Part shown: positions 32,212 to 41,921 of the stretch, one piece after another
How positions within the stretch are numbered: position 1 is the first letter of the stretch
Layout: each line of letters begins with the position of its first letter
Assembly (NCBI GenBank): GCA_030650275.1
Contig: JAUSEK010000011.1
Span: 9,890 to 73,889, forward strand
Direction of reading: 5' to 3'
Length of the DNA: 64,000 nt
DNA from: Candidatus Omnitrophota bacterium
GTDB lineage: Bacteria > Omnitrophota > Gorgyraeia > Zapsychrales > Fredricksoniimonadaceae
The notes under the pieces: model-generated
What the model saw: only the letters and a program-made list of their open reading frames with translations
Databases searched by the model: none
What the model was told of the DNA's origin: nothing
Translations under genes and position numbers: made by a program

Positions 32212-32452
32212 AGAAGAGCAGGACCTGGTGGCATCGGTCGAGGCGGGTGAATGGAAGTCTGTTAAGAATTTGCTGGGTGAGAAGAGGCGTTATGCCATGA
32301 TCGCGCGGCATACGCTGCGCAAAGACAAGCGTATCAATATCCGCATTTCCCAACGCGACCTGGAGGGCCTTCAAGTGAAGGCCGTCCGTGAGGGCATTCC
32401 TTATCAGACCTTGATCTCCAGCGTCCTTCACAAATATGTCGCCGGCCGTTGA
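32198..32452 (+). CDS. CopG/RHH-type antitoxin
   Basis: KDKRINIRIS..DL..LQ.KA..EGIPYQTLISSVLHKY; overlaps toxin. Confidence 0.85.
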   Translation: MKLTKEEQDLVASVEAGEWKSVKNLLGEKRRYAMIARHTLRKDKRINIRISQRDLEGLQVKAVREGIPYQTLISSVLHKYVAGR

Positions 32453-32466
32453 CGGCAAAAATACTC

Positions 32467-32486
32467 CCTGCCTGCCGGCAGGCAGG
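32467..32486. repeat. Perfect 20-nt palindrome CCTGCCTGCCGGCAGGCAGG
   Basis: Identical copy at 37292-37311. Confidence 0.9.
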
Positions 32487-32535
32487 CGTGTCGCGGAGTA
32501 ATGACGGTTAGCCAACAAGAAAATAAGGGGATCAT

Positions 32536-32631
32536 GTGAAGACAGATTTTAATAAGACGACATTTGTTTCCGACGGACAAGAGGCGAAGAAGACCGGGTA
32601 TCGTGTGCTGTGCGGCATGGTGTTCATATAA
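32536..32631 (+). pseudogene. 31-codon diverged duplicate of the 5' end of the downstream DegT gene
   Basis: VKTDFNKTTFVSDGQEAKKTGYRV vs MKTSDFNKATFVSDGQEARKAGYKV. Confidence 0.85.
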
Positions 32632-32637
32632 GGCAAG

Positions 32638-32934
32638 ATGAGAACAATTGAAGCATATAACAAATTTCAGCAGGGAGAACGGGAGATTCGCCAGAAGAAA
32701 GGTATTGCCCATAAAGAAGCCAAGAAAAGATTGGGTAAATGGAAAATCTACTCTGTTGGCAAAGAAAAATTTAATTTACTAACCATTCCAGGATATAATC
32801 TGGCATCAAAAGTTCTTTCTATGGATGAATATCTAAAATTTGTTCAATTCAATTTGGAGCATGGTTTTGATATGAAGTTTTATAGGAAGCTGAAAAGAAA
32901 AATGGCTGTGAATGAGCGCTTTGTGATCAAATGA
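32638..32934 (+). CDS. Hypothetical protein, possibly fused antitoxin remnants
   Basis: AT-rich ORF; GIAHKEAKKRLGKW resembles C-termini of small antitoxins. Confidence 0.35.
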   Translation: MRTIEAYNKFQQGEREIRQKKGIAHKEAKKRLGKWKIYSVGKEKFNLLTIPGYNLASKVLSMDEYLKFVQFNLEHGFDMKFYRKLKRKMAVNERFVIK

Positions 32935-32947
32935 GAAAGGTGAACAA

Positions 32948-34144
32948 GTGAAAACATCAGATTTTAATAAAGCGACATTTGTTTCCGATGGTCAAGAGGC
33001 TAGGAAGGCGGGGTATAAGGTGCCGTTTGGGACGGTGTCTATTACACCCAAGGCCAAGAAGCTCATTGATGACGCGATTGACCGCCAGTGGTTGACCAAG
33101 GGCAAATACGTTAAAGAGTTTGAAGATAAGTTTGCTGCGCTGTTCGGTGTTAAATACGGCGTTGCGGTTTCCAGCGGCACGGATGCCGATGCTTTGGCTT
33201 GCGCCACTCTCTATGATTTTGGCGCCAAGCGCGGGGACGAGATCATTATCCCGGCTTTGACCTTTGTGGCCACGGGCAATGCGGTTTTGCAGGCGGGGTT
33301 GACGCCGGTCTTCGTTGACATCAAGCGCGAAACCTTGAACATTGACCCGGATAAGATCGAGGCCGCCATCACTAAGAAAACGCGCGCCATCATGCCCGTG
33401 CATTTGATGGGCAAGCCCGCGGACATGGACCGGATCATATCTATCGCCAAAAAACACAAATTGTATGTCATTGAGGACGCGGCCGAGGCCCACGGCGCCG
33501 AATATAAGGGTCAAAAGATCGGCGCCATCGGCGACATGGCGTGCTTCTCTTTATATGCCGCGCATATCATCACCACCATTGAAGGCGGCATGGTCATCAC
33601 CAATAATGAAAAAATGGCGGAGGTCTTAAGGTCCTTGCGCAATCACGGCATTGACGGGAAGTTCCGGTTCAAGCGCATCGGGTTTTCTTCCAAGATGAAT
33701 GAGATCGAGGCCGCGGTGGGATTGGGCAATATTGAGATCTTCCATGATATCCTTGAGAAACGCCGGCGCAATATTTTGTATCTTATCGACAAGTTCAAGA
33801 AATTTGATAAGTATTTCATTTACGTCAAGGAAGAGCCGGGCGAAAAACTGGGCCCCCATGCGTTTTCCATCATCGTCAAACCCGGGCAGAATTTCACCAA
33901 GGATGAGTTTGTCGCCTCTTTGGAGAAAGAAGGCGTAGATTCCCGCAATCTTTTTTATTCCATCCCGACGCAAACAGACAGTTACGCGTTCATGGGCCAT
34001 AAGCTCGGCGACTTTCCGGAAGCCGAGTTTTGTTCCGACAACGGCACGCACATCGGCTGTCATCAGGACATTGAGGTTGACCAGCTTGATCACGTCGTTG
34101 AGGTTACGGCCAAATTTCTCAAATCAAAGGGACACAACGTTTAG
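32948..34144 (+). CDS. DegT/DnrJ/EryC1/StrS family PLP-dependent sugar enzyme
   Basis: SSGT.A, PALTFVAT, PVHL.G, IEDAAEAHGA, FSLYAAH.ITT.EGGM (His at the usual Lys position, as in ColD-type 3-dehydratases). Confidence 0.88.
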   Translation: MKTSDFNKATFVSDGQEARKAGYKVPFGTVSITPKAKKLIDDAIDRQWLTKGKYVKEFEDKFAALFGVKYGVAVSSGTDADALACATLYDFGAKRGDEIIIPALTFVATGNAVLQAGLTPVFVDIKRETLNIDPDKIEAAITKKTRAIMPVHLMGKPADMDRIISIAKKHKLYVIEDAAEAHGAEYKGQKIGAIGDMACFSLYAAHIITTIEGGMVITNNEKMAEVLRSLRNHGIDGKFRFKRIGFSSKMNEIEAAVGLGNIEIFHDILEKRRRNILYLIDKFKKFDKYFIYVKEEPGEKLGPHAFSIIVKPGQNFTKDEFVASLEKEGVDSRNLFYSIPTQTDSYAFMGHKLGDFPEAEFCSDNGTHIGCHQDIEVDQLDHVVEVTAKFLKSKGHNV

Positions 34145-34147
34145 AGC

Positions 34148-35260
34148 ATGCGCATCGCCATCAACTGCCGTTCCATTCTCAAACCCCAAAGGACCGGCAT
34201 CGGGCGCTACACCCATCATTTGATCAAGGCCCTGGCCCGGGCAGACCATGCCAACGATTATGTTCTTTACGCGCCGCGCGGCATTTTTAACTTCAAACGC
34301 GTCAACCCTTCTTCGCCCGCGCCCAATTTCAAAGTCCGGCGTGATTGTTTCTCCCTGGGGCCGGAAAAAGTTTGCGGTCCCGTGGACGTGTATCATTTGC
34401 CCAGCCCGGATTTTTTGGGCGCGCTGCGCTGTAAGGTCGTCGTGACCGTCCATGATCTCATTGACAAGGCCTATCCTCAAAGCCATACCCCGCAGACCAT
34501 TGACTTAAGCGACCGCAAGATGAAGGACGTGGTCGGGCGGGCGGACAAGATCATTTGTTGTTCCCAAACCACCCGTGATGACCTGCACCGGTTCTTTAAG
34601 GTGGACGCGGCGCGCACATGCGTTATTTATCAGGGTGTTGACCGCACGGTCTTTTTTCCGTTGGCGCCGGATGAAGAGGAGTATGCCGAGGGCGTCCTTA
34701 AAGGTCTGGGGGTAACACAGCCGTTCATCCTTTTTGTCGGGACCATTGAACCGCGCAAGAATTTATCCAATTTGCTGGAGGCCTTTGCCGGGCTTAAGGC
34801 CAAAAAGAAATTTTCCGGAAAATTGGTTATCGTCGGGACGAAAGGGTGGATGATGGATCCCCTGGCCGACACGCTCAACCACAAGGGCTTAAGCAATGAA
34901 GTGGTTTTCTTGGGTTATGTTACGGACGAACAATTGCGTGTTTTGTATCATAAAACCGAGGTGTTCGTGTTCCCGTCATTGTATGAGGGCTTTGGATTTC
35001 CCATCGTTGAGGCCTTTGCCTGCGGGGCCGCGGTGGTGGCCAGCAACACTTCGTCCTGCGCCGAGGTGGCCGGGGATTCCGCCTTGACCGTAGCACCCCA
35101 ACCGCAGGATATCGCGGCAGGCATTTTACGCGTGATCGAAGACCCCTCCCTGAAAGCGTCTTTGAAGGCCAAAGGCCTTCAACGGGCAGATCAATTTTCT
35201 TTTGATGCGACGGCCCGCCGGACGCTGGATGTTTATCAAGAGGTAAACCATGTCCGTTAA
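34148..35260 (+). CDS. Glycosyltransferase family 4
   Basis: TGIGRY, TVHDL, GTIEPRKN, FPSLYEGFG.P..EA. Confidence 0.93.
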   Translation: MRIAINCRSILKPQRTGIGRYTHHLIKALARADHANDYVLYAPRGIFNFKRVNPSSPAPNFKVRRDCFSLGPEKVCGPVDVYHLPSPDFLGALRCKVVVTVHDLIDKAYPQSHTPQTIDLSDRKMKDVVGRADKIICCSQTTRDDLHRFFKVDAARTCVIYQGVDRTVFFPLAPDEEEYAEGVLKGLGVTQPFILFVGTIEPRKNLSNLLEAFAGLKAKKKFSGKLVIVGTKGWMMDPLADTLNHKGLSNEVVFLGYVTDEQLRVLYHKTEVFVFPSLYEGFGFPIVEAFACGAAVVASNTSSCAEVAGDSALTVAPQPQDIAAGILRVIEDPSLKASLKAKGLQRADQFSFDATARRTLDVYQEVNHVR

Positions 35261-35852
35261 GCTCAATCTGGGATGCGGGACCAAAAAGAAGGACGGGTGG
35301 GTCAACATTGATTCCGCCGCAGAGTGCCATCCGGACATTCTCCACGACCTGTCCGAACCCCTGCCCTTTGAAGACCAGTCAGCCGAGGAGATATTCGCCG
35401 ACGCTGTTCTGGAGCATTTTGACAAATACGCCCGGTATTTCATCGTTTATCATTGGACGAGGGTGCTCAAGGTGGGCGGTGTGGTGACGATCGGCGTCCC
35501 CAATTTCCAGAAGATCATCCACCGGTACCTGAAGTGGCGATTTGATGATTTCGTGGACACCATTTTCGGCGAGACCATGTGGGAATCGCGCTATTACCTC
35601 GGCCATTTCGGCAGTCATAAATGGGGCTATTCCGAAAAAAGTTTGAAGGCCTTCCTTGAGATCTTCGGGATCACCGGCATCACCGTTGAAAAGCAGGGTC
35701 TGGTCCTGATGGCCCGGGGACAAAAAACCCGGCATGTTCCTTATCAGGACCTGAAAGATCTTCAGATCTATTCTCCCAATAATGCCTGCGGCACGGGTAA
35801 ACCGTATATGACCCTGGAAGAAGTGCGAAAGGCCGCGGGGTTTAAAATCTAA
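35250..35852 (+). CDS. SAM-dependent methyltransferase
   Basis: KLNLGCG, GWVNID, LPF.D.S, VLEH, RVLK.GG. Confidence 0.85.
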   Translation: MSVKLNLGCGTKKKDGWVNIDSAAECHPDILHDLSEPLPFEDQSAEEIFADAVLEHFDKYARYFIVYHWTRVLKVGGVVTIGVPNFQKIIHRYLKWRFDDFVDTIFGETMWESRYYLGHFGSHKWGYSEKSLKAFLEIFGITGITVEKQGLVLMARGQKTRHVPYQDLKDLQIYSPNNACGTGKPYMTLEEVRKAAGFKI

Positions 35853-35863
35853 GAGGTCAACTG

Positions 35864-36715
35864 TTGAAAGTCAGCGGTTTCACCATTGTCCGCAACGCGG
35901 TCAAATTCCATTATCCGGTCGTTGCCTCCATCACGTCCATTTTGCCCATTTGTGATGAATTCATCGTCAATGTCGGCGATTCCGACGACGGGACATTGGA
36001 CCTTGTCCGTTCCATCAAAGACCCCAAGATCAAGATCGTACAGACGGTTTGGGACATGACACAAGGGTCGGCCGTGCTCTCCGAGCAAACCAATATCGCT
36101 CTTTCGCATTGCGCGGGCGATTGGGCCTTTTATCTTCAGACCGACGAGGTGATCCATGAGGCGGACCTGCCGCGTCTGCGCTCCTGCATGCGCCGGTATT
36201 GGCATGACCCGTCCGTGGATACCTTGAGATTCAAATGGCTGCATTTTTACGGCAGTTTCTGGCGTTACCGCATTGATGCCGGCTGGTATCAAAAACAGGA
36301 CCGCATCATCCGCAATAACGGCACAATAGAGTCCCACGGCGACGCGTTCAGTTTTCAGCGCAAAGACCGGACCCCGTTAAGGCGAAAAAATACAGAATGT
36401 CTGCTGTATCATTATGGCTGGGTGCATTCGGGGACGTTGATGGCACACCGCCTGTCCAATGCCGTCGGCATCGGTTATGCCGCCCCTGGCCCCGCCATAG
36501 GCGGGGCAGACAGCAGTATTTATGATTACGGCGACCTGGACCGTTTCCCCATTTATTTCGGCACCCATCCCGCGGTCATGCAAGAGGCCATTGAGGCGCA
36601 TGCTTTAAGCTCTGCGGACTGGCAGACCATCAGGCGCCGCCATCGGTTCAATCCTTTTTTACTGGCCCGCCTGCGGTACAAGACATTCAAACGCGTGAGG
36701 CATAAAATTGAATAG
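35864..36715 (+). CDS. Glycosyltransferase family 2
   Basis: SGFTIVRN, S.D.T, WAFYLQ.DE, YHYGWV. Confidence 0.85.
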   Translation: MKVSGFTIVRNAVKFHYPVVASITSILPICDEFIVNVGDSDDGTLDLVRSIKDPKIKIVQTVWDMTQGSAVLSEQTNIALSHCAGDWAFYLQTDEVIHEADLPRLRSCMRRYWHDPSVDTLRFKWLHFYGSFWRYRIDAGWYQKQDRIIRNNGTIESHGDAFSFQRKDRTPLRRKNTECLLYHYGWVHSGTLMAHRLSNAVGIGYAAPGPAIGGADSSIYDYGDLDRFPIYFGTHPAVMQEAIEAHALSSADWQTIRRRHRFNPFLLARLRYKTFKRVRHKIE

Positions 36716-38360
36716 ATCGGCCGGAAAAGACATTTTTCTCCTGTCCTTTTTGATCATCCTGGCCACGCTCCATCCTTTTTTCTTAAGGACACAGATCAAC
36801 CTTTTTGAACTGGGGCTTTATTTGCCCGGCATTGACGCCATCATGAAAGGCCTGGTGCCTTTTAAGGATTTCTTTTATTTGCGCGGGCCTTTTGAATTGT
36901 ATCCGCCGGCTTTTTTGATGCAGGTGTTCGGCGCGCAGACCGCGGTGCTTGCAACATATTTTTACGCCACGACGGTATTATGTTTGATTTTGGGCGTTGT
37001 GATCGCCCGGCAGGTCCTGGCCGGCAGGGTTTTTTTATATTTGCTGGCGTCTGTATTAGTAGCGCGTACGTTTCCCCGCGTCGTATTCACCTATTGGGGC
37101 GGCATGCGTTATGCCTGGGGGCTGTTGGCTGTCCTTTGCGCTGTCAAATTCTTTAAAACGCGCCAATGGCCCTGGCTGGCCGCGGCCGGTGTCATGACCG
37201 CCGTCGGGGGATTGGCCAGCATTGAGATCGGCTTGAGCGCCGGCGCTGCGGTCGCGGCCGTTCTGATCCTCCGGGCCTGTTACGAAAAAGACCTGCCTGC
37301 CGGCAGGCAGGACCGCGCTTCGTTGGTCCGGTTCTTTGGGATCTTTTGCGCCGCTGTTTTGGCCGTGGTGCTTCCTTATTTTTGTTATCTTTATGTTCAC
37401 GGTGGTTTATATCCTTATCTGGACGGCGTTTATCAGGTGGCCACCCGCATGGGGGCCACATTTTTGCAAACCGAGCCGGTGCCGCAAAATCCGCTTGAGG
37501 CGCTGGGGGCTTTGCTCAACCCCGTTAACAAAAATTTCCGGCAGATGACCCCGGTTTTTTGTTATCTGGCCGCGGCCGGATATGGGGGATATTTGTGGCA
37601 GCGGCGTAAAATAACGCCGGTGGATATGGGTGTGGCGGTCATTGCCGTCTACGCCCTGATGATCTACGTCACCGGGTTCCGCAATTTATGGGCTTCGGTT
37701 TTTGAAATGTCCCTGTTGCCGGAAAAGATCGTCCTATTTTTTCTTTTGGAACGGTTATTTTTTTATTTAAAGCAGACCGAAACACGCAAGGCGTTGGCTT
37801 GGGTCGTGCTGGGGGCGGTTGCGGTTTCTTCGCTGGGGTATGCGTTGAGCCATGTTAATAAAAGGTTTTATGCTTTCAAATGGCTGGCGCACACCGTATC
37901 CGGAAAAAACACATCCTCTGTTCTGCCGTTGGCAAACCAGCCGGTCAGGGCCGTTGCTGTTGAGCGTTTGCGCGGTTTTGTCGTGCCGCAACAGCAGGCC
38001 GTGGACGTGGAAGGGGTGGTGAATTTTTTGGTCGCTCATACCCGCAGGGATGAACCGGTCCTGATGTTCCCTGAACTGGGGGCATTGCATTTTTTTGCCG
38101 ACAGGCCCTGGGCCGGACGTTTTTCCATGCCGACGCTGTCATGGATCAAGGAGGGCTGGCACCGCGAGTTCATGGCGGACCTGGAGAATTTTAAGCCGCG
38201 CTATGCCGTGGTCAATAAAAAAGCCCCGGACTATTTTCAGGCCTCGTATTTTTCCGTCGCGGACAACCGGCGGCGTTTTGATGAGGCGATGCAATATATT
38301 GAAACTCATTACCGCGATATTACCCAAACCCCGTCCTACAGGATCCTTGAGCGCAGATGA
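36708..38360 (+). CDS. Polytopic membrane protein (GT-C/flippase/polymerase-like)
   Basis: Many TM helices, G.VPFKDF...RGP loop typical of GT-C fold, soluble C-terminal domain. Confidence 0.6.
   Translation: MNRSAGKDIFLLSFLIILATLHPFFLRTQINLFELGLYLPGIDAIMKGLVPFKDFFYLRGPFELYPPAFLMQVFGAQTAVLATYFYATTVLCLILGVVIARQVLAGRVFLYLLASVLVARTFPRVVFTYWGGMRYAWGLLAVLCAVKFFKTRQWPWLAAAGVMTAVGGLASIEIGLSAGAAVAAVLILRACYEKDLPAGRQDRASLVRFFGIFCAAVLAVVLPYFCYLYVHGGLYPYLDGVYQVATRMGATFLQTEPVPQNPLEALGALLNPVNKNFRQMTPVFCYLAAAGYGGYLWQRRKITPVDMGVAVIAVYALMIYVTGFRNLWASVFEMSLLPEKIVLFFLLERLFFYLKQTETRKALAWVVLGAVAVSSLGYALSHVNKRFYAFKWLAHTVSGKNTSSVLPLANQPVRAVAVERLRGFVVPQQQAVDVEGVVNFLVAHTRRDEPVLMFPELGALHFFADRPWAGRFSMPTLSWIKEGWHREFMADLENFKPRYAVVNKKAPDYFQASYFSVADNRRRFDEAMQYIETHYRDITQTPSYRILERR
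37292..37311. repeat. Palindrome CCTGCCTGCCGGCAGGCAGG in frame inside CDS (encodes LPAGRQ)
   Basis: Identical to 32467-32486. Confidence 0.9.
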
Positions 38361-39403
38361 TGAACAAGATCTTAATTGTTAATCCGTTCGGCATCGGCGA
38401 CGTGCTTTTTACAACGCCTGTCATCGCCAATCTGCGCCTGGCCTCTCCCGTCGCGGCCATCGCCTATCTGGCCAATGCCCGCACCGCGCCCGTGCTTCGG
38501 GCCGATCCCCGCATCCAGGAGGTTTTTGTTTATGAACGCGACGCATTCAACGCAGCCAAATGGGTTGACTTATGGACGCGTGTGCGGCGCTCAGGATTTG
38601 ACACCGTTTTTGATTTTTCCATGAATGAAGGCATCGGTTTTTTCCTGATGTCCTGCGGCATTCCCCGGCGCATTGGTTTCAATTACCGCAACCGCGGCCG
38701 TTTTTTAACGGACAAGACCCCTTTGGCCGGTTATGAAGACAAACATGTCGTTGACCATTATCTGGACCTTTTACAACGCCGGGGGATCCCCGTTGTTGAA
38801 CGGACGATCACTTTTCCCATGACCGATGCTGACCGGGACTGGGCCGGCCAATGGCTTACTGCCAACGGTATCGGGCAGGGAAAGCAATGTATCGCGGTTG
38901 TGCCCGGGGGAGGGGCTAGCTGGGGGGAAGCGGCCAAATATAAACGCTGGCCCGCGGCAAAATACGCTGATTTAGTGGACAAAATCGTTGAAAAATCATC
39001 CTCGGAGATTATACTGATGGGTGATCCGAAAGAAAAAGATCTGTGCGCGGACATTGTCCGTTCCGGACGCCCTGCCCCGCCGGTAGGCGGGGGGCGAGTG
39101 CATAATGCCGCCGGGCAAACCACGCTGGGCCAAATGGCGGCTTTGTTGACGAATTGCCGTTTGGCCGTGGTCAATGACGGCGGGCCTTTGCATATCGCGG
39201 CCGCCTGCAGGGTCAGGACCGTTTCCATTTTTGGGCCGGTGGATCCGGTGGTGTATGGACCTTATCCCGCCGACGGGCATGTTGTCGTCCGTAAAGGTCT
39301 GGCATGCCAGCCCTGTTACCGGCGTTTCCGCATGGCCTCCTGCGGTCACATCAGCTGTTTGAATGATCTATCGGTTGAGGACGTGTTTCGGCATTTATCG
39401 TAG
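38357..39403 (+). CDS. Glycosyltransferase family 9 (LPS heptosyltransferase-like)
   Basis: GIGDVL.TTP, KRWP, G.TTL, NDGGPLHIAAA, FGP. Confidence 0.92.
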   Translation: MMNKILIVNPFGIGDVLFTTPVIANLRLASPVAAIAYLANARTAPVLRADPRIQEVFVYERDAFNAAKWVDLWTRVRRSGFDTVFDFSMNEGIGFFLMSCGIPRRIGFNYRNRGRFLTDKTPLAGYEDKHVVDHYLDLLQRRGIPVVERTITFPMTDADRDWAGQWLTANGIGQGKQCIAVVPGGGASWGEAAKYKRWPAAKYADLVDKIVEKSSSEIILMGDPKEKDLCADIVRSGRPAPPVGGGRVHNAAGQTTLGQMAALLTNCRLAVVNDGGPLHIAAACRVRTVSIFGPVDPVVYGPYPADGHVVVRKGLACQPCYRRFRMASCGHISCLNDLSVEDVFRHLS

Positions 39404-39428
39404 AGACGCAGCAATGCTGCGTCTGTAC
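39400..39428 (+). repeat. GTAG-type REP palindrome
   Basis: GTAGAGACGCAGCAATGCTGCGTCTGTAC; its TAG is the GT9 stop. Confidence 0.8.
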
Positions 39429-39441
39429 ATAGAAAGGTGTT

Positions 39442-40542
39442 ATGAGCGTTCCGTTCGTTGATTTCAAGGAACAAAACCGGATGATCCGCGGGGAAGTGGA
39501 TGCCGGGTTCATGAAGGTTTTTGAAAAAGGCGATTTTATCCTTGGCGAAGAGGCCCAGACCTTTGAAAAAAGTTTCGCCAAATATTGCGACGCGGCCTAC
39601 GGGGTCGGGGTCAATTCCGGTACCGACGCCCTTTATCTGGCCTTGTCCGCCCTGGATATCAGGGAAGGGGACGAGGTCATTGTCCCGACGCATACGTTCA
39701 TTGCCACGGCCCTGTGCGTTTCTTTCGCGGGCGCCAAGGCAGTGTTCGCGGACATTGAACCGGACACGTACAATATTGACCCCAAGTCCTTTGAACGGGC
39801 CATCACCCCGCGCACCAAGGCGGTCATTCCCGTGCACATTTATGGCCAGCCGGCGGACATGGATGAGATCACCGCCATTGCCCGCAAACACGGCATCAAG
39901 ATCGTTGAGGACGCGGCCCAGGCCCATGGTTCCCGTTATAAGGGAAAACGCGCCGGCTCCCTGGGGGACGTGGCGGGCTTCAGTTTTTATCCGACCAAAG
40001 GCCTCGGCGCCTGCGGGGACGCGGGCATGATCGTCACCAATGACCGGGCCATTTACGAAAAAGCCCTGATGCTGCGCGACTACGGCCGCAAGGGGCGCTA
40101 CGAGCATAAGATCAAGGGGCATAATTCGCGGCTGGACACTATCCAGGCCGTGGTCCTTAATGCCAAATTAAAACATCTTGACGCGTGGAACGCCCTGCGT
40201 GCCAAAATCGCGGCCCGTTACGCCGAACTTTTAAAACCGCTCAAGGTTGTCACGCCCGTCACCAAAAGCGACCGCACGCACGTTTTTCAGACCTATGCCG
40301 TGCGCGTGCCCAACCGCGACAAAGTGGTGGAGCGTATGAATGCCAAAGGGGTGAGCGTGCTGATCCATTATCCCATTCCCCTGCATTTGCAGGAGGCCTA
40401 CGCGGAACTGGGGCACGTCCAAGGGGATTTTCCCGTGGCTGAAAAGGTGTCTTCCGACATCATGTCCTTGCCCATGTTCCCGCATATGACCGGAGAACAG
40501 GTCGAGGCCGTGGTCGCGGCCCTCAAGGAGTCCATGGCGTGA
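39442..40542 (+). CDS. DegT/DnrJ/EryC1/StrS sugar aminotransferase
   Basis: NSGTDAL, PVHIYGQ, EDAAQAHG, FSFYPTK.LG..GD.G, NSRLD. Confidence 0.93.
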   Translation: MSVPFVDFKEQNRMIRGEVDAGFMKVFEKGDFILGEEAQTFEKSFAKYCDAAYGVGVNSGTDALYLALSALDIREGDEVIVPTHTFIATALCVSFAGAKAVFADIEPDTYNIDPKSFERAITPRTKAVIPVHIYGQPADMDEITAIARKHGIKIVEDAAQAHGSRYKGKRAGSLGDVAGFSFYPTKGLGACGDAGMIVTNDRAIYEKALMLRDYGRKGRYEHKIKGHNSRLDTIQAVVLNAKLKHLDAWNALRAKIAARYAELLKPLKVVTPVTKSDRTHVFQTYAVRVPNRDKVVERMNAKGVSVLIHYPIPLHLQEAYAELGHVQGDFPVAEKVSSDIMSLPMFPHMTGEQVEAVVAALKESMA

Positions 40543-41297
40543 AACTCCCCTTGTCCGTCGTGATCATCACCAAGAACGAAGAACGCAACATGCACGACTG
40601 TCTCAAAAGCGTTGTTGATTGGGCGGATGAGATCGTTGTTGTGGATGATGAGAGCACGGACAAGACCGTTGCGATCGCCGGGCAGTATGGGGCAAAAGTT
40701 TATCACCGCAAAATGGACAATGAAGGCATTCACCGCAACTGGGCCTATGCCCAGGCAAAGAATGAATGGGTTTTGAGTTTAGACGCCGACGAGATGGTCA
40801 GTCCCCAATTGCGCGACGAATTGATCGCGGTCTTGCCGTCCACCCAATTCCACGCCTTTGACATGCCTTTGCGCAATTATATCGGCAAATACTGGGTCAA
40901 ACATTCCGGCTGGTATCCGGCGGGGAAGTTGCGTCTTTTTATGAAAAGCCGTTTCAAATATGAAGAGGTCGGCGTGCATCCGCGTGTTTTCCTGAAAGGG
41001 GACACCGGGCATTTGACCAAGGACATCATCCACAAGGGTTATCCGGACTTTGAGCATTTTTTGGCCTCGCTCAACCGCCAGACAACGCTGGAGGCGGAAA
41101 AATGGATAGAGACCGGCCGCAAAATGACATTGGGTGTCGCGGTCTGGCGCGCGGTGGACAGGTTTTTCCGTAGCTTCATCGGCAAGAAAGGGTATAAGGA
41201 CGGGTTCGTGGGGTTTATGATCGCGTTTTTTGCCATGCTTTACCAGGTGATGAGTTACGCGAAATATTACGAGCGTATCAAGGGAATTAGATCGTAG
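40539..41297 (+). CDS. Glycosyltransferase family 2 (WaaE/KdtX-like)
   Basis: LSVVIITKNEE, VVDD.STD.T, WVLSLDADE, WYP, VH. Confidence 0.9.
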   Translation: MKLPLSVVIITKNEERNMHDCLKSVVDWADEIVVVDDESTDKTVAIAGQYGAKVYHRKMDNEGIHRNWAYAQAKNEWVLSLDADEMVSPQLRDELIAVLPSTQFHAFDMPLRNYIGKYWVKHSGWYPAGKLRLFMKSRFKYEEVGVHPRVFLKGDTGHLTKDIIHKGYPDFEHFLASLNRQTTLEAEKWIETGRKMTLGVAVWRAVDRFFRSFIGKKGYKDGFVGFMIAFFAMLYQVMSYAKYYERIKGIRS

Positions 41298-41321
41298 GGG
41301 CCGGGCATGCCCGGCCCGTAC
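41294..41321 (+). repeat. GTAG-type REP palindrome
   Basis: GTAGGGGCCGGGCATGCCCGGCCCGTAC; its TAG is the GT2 stop. Confidence 0.8.
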
Positions 41322-41333
41322 AGGGAATATCAT

Positions 41334-41921
41334 ATGAAGGTAGTTTTTTTAGATAGAGACGGCGTCATCAATGAATTCCCCGGCAACGGCAGTTACGTGA
41401 CCAAGGTGAAGGATTTTCATTTTATCCCCGGCGCCCTGGAAGCGATCCGCGGCCTGACGCAAAGCGGGTGCAAGATATTTGTCATTTCCAACCAGGCCGG
41501 CGTGGGCAAGGGCGTTTATTCCATGGACAAGCTCAAGCGCATTGACCGGCACATGGTCAAAAATGTGAACAAGGCCGGGGGGACGATCGCCAAAAGTTTT
41601 TACTGCACCCACCGTTCCGACGCGGGCTGCGATTGCCGCAAGCCCGGCATAGGCCTGCTGCGCAAGGCGCTTAAAGGCCTGAACAAGACCATTGCCCACG
41701 CGCAGGAGGCATTCTTCGTCGGGGACACCGAAGGGGACATCAAGACCGGGCACAATGCCGGATGCAAGACCATTTTCGCGCTCTCCGGCCGGGAAAACCG
41801 CCGGTATATGCGCAAATGGGAAGTCAAACCCGACCACATCGTCAAGGACCTTAAGGCCGCCGCCGCCCTCATCCATGATGAACATTCTCGTCATCCACGC
41901 AACGGCCGGAGCCGGGCATAA
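41334..41921 (+). CDS. gmhB: Heptose-1,7-bisphosphate phosphatase (HAD)
   Basis: FLDRDGVIN, SNQAG, C.H....C.CRKP, VGD...D. Confidence 0.9.
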   Translation: MKVVFLDRDGVINEFPGNGSYVTKVKDFHFIPGALEAIRGLTQSGCKIFVISNQAGVGKGVYSMDKLKRIDRHMVKNVNKAGGTIAKSFYCTHRSDAGCDCRKPGIGLLRKALKGLNKTIAHAQEAFFVGDTEGDIKTGHNAGCKTIFALSGRENRRYMRKWEVKPDHIVKDLKAAAALIHDEHSRHPRNGRSRA

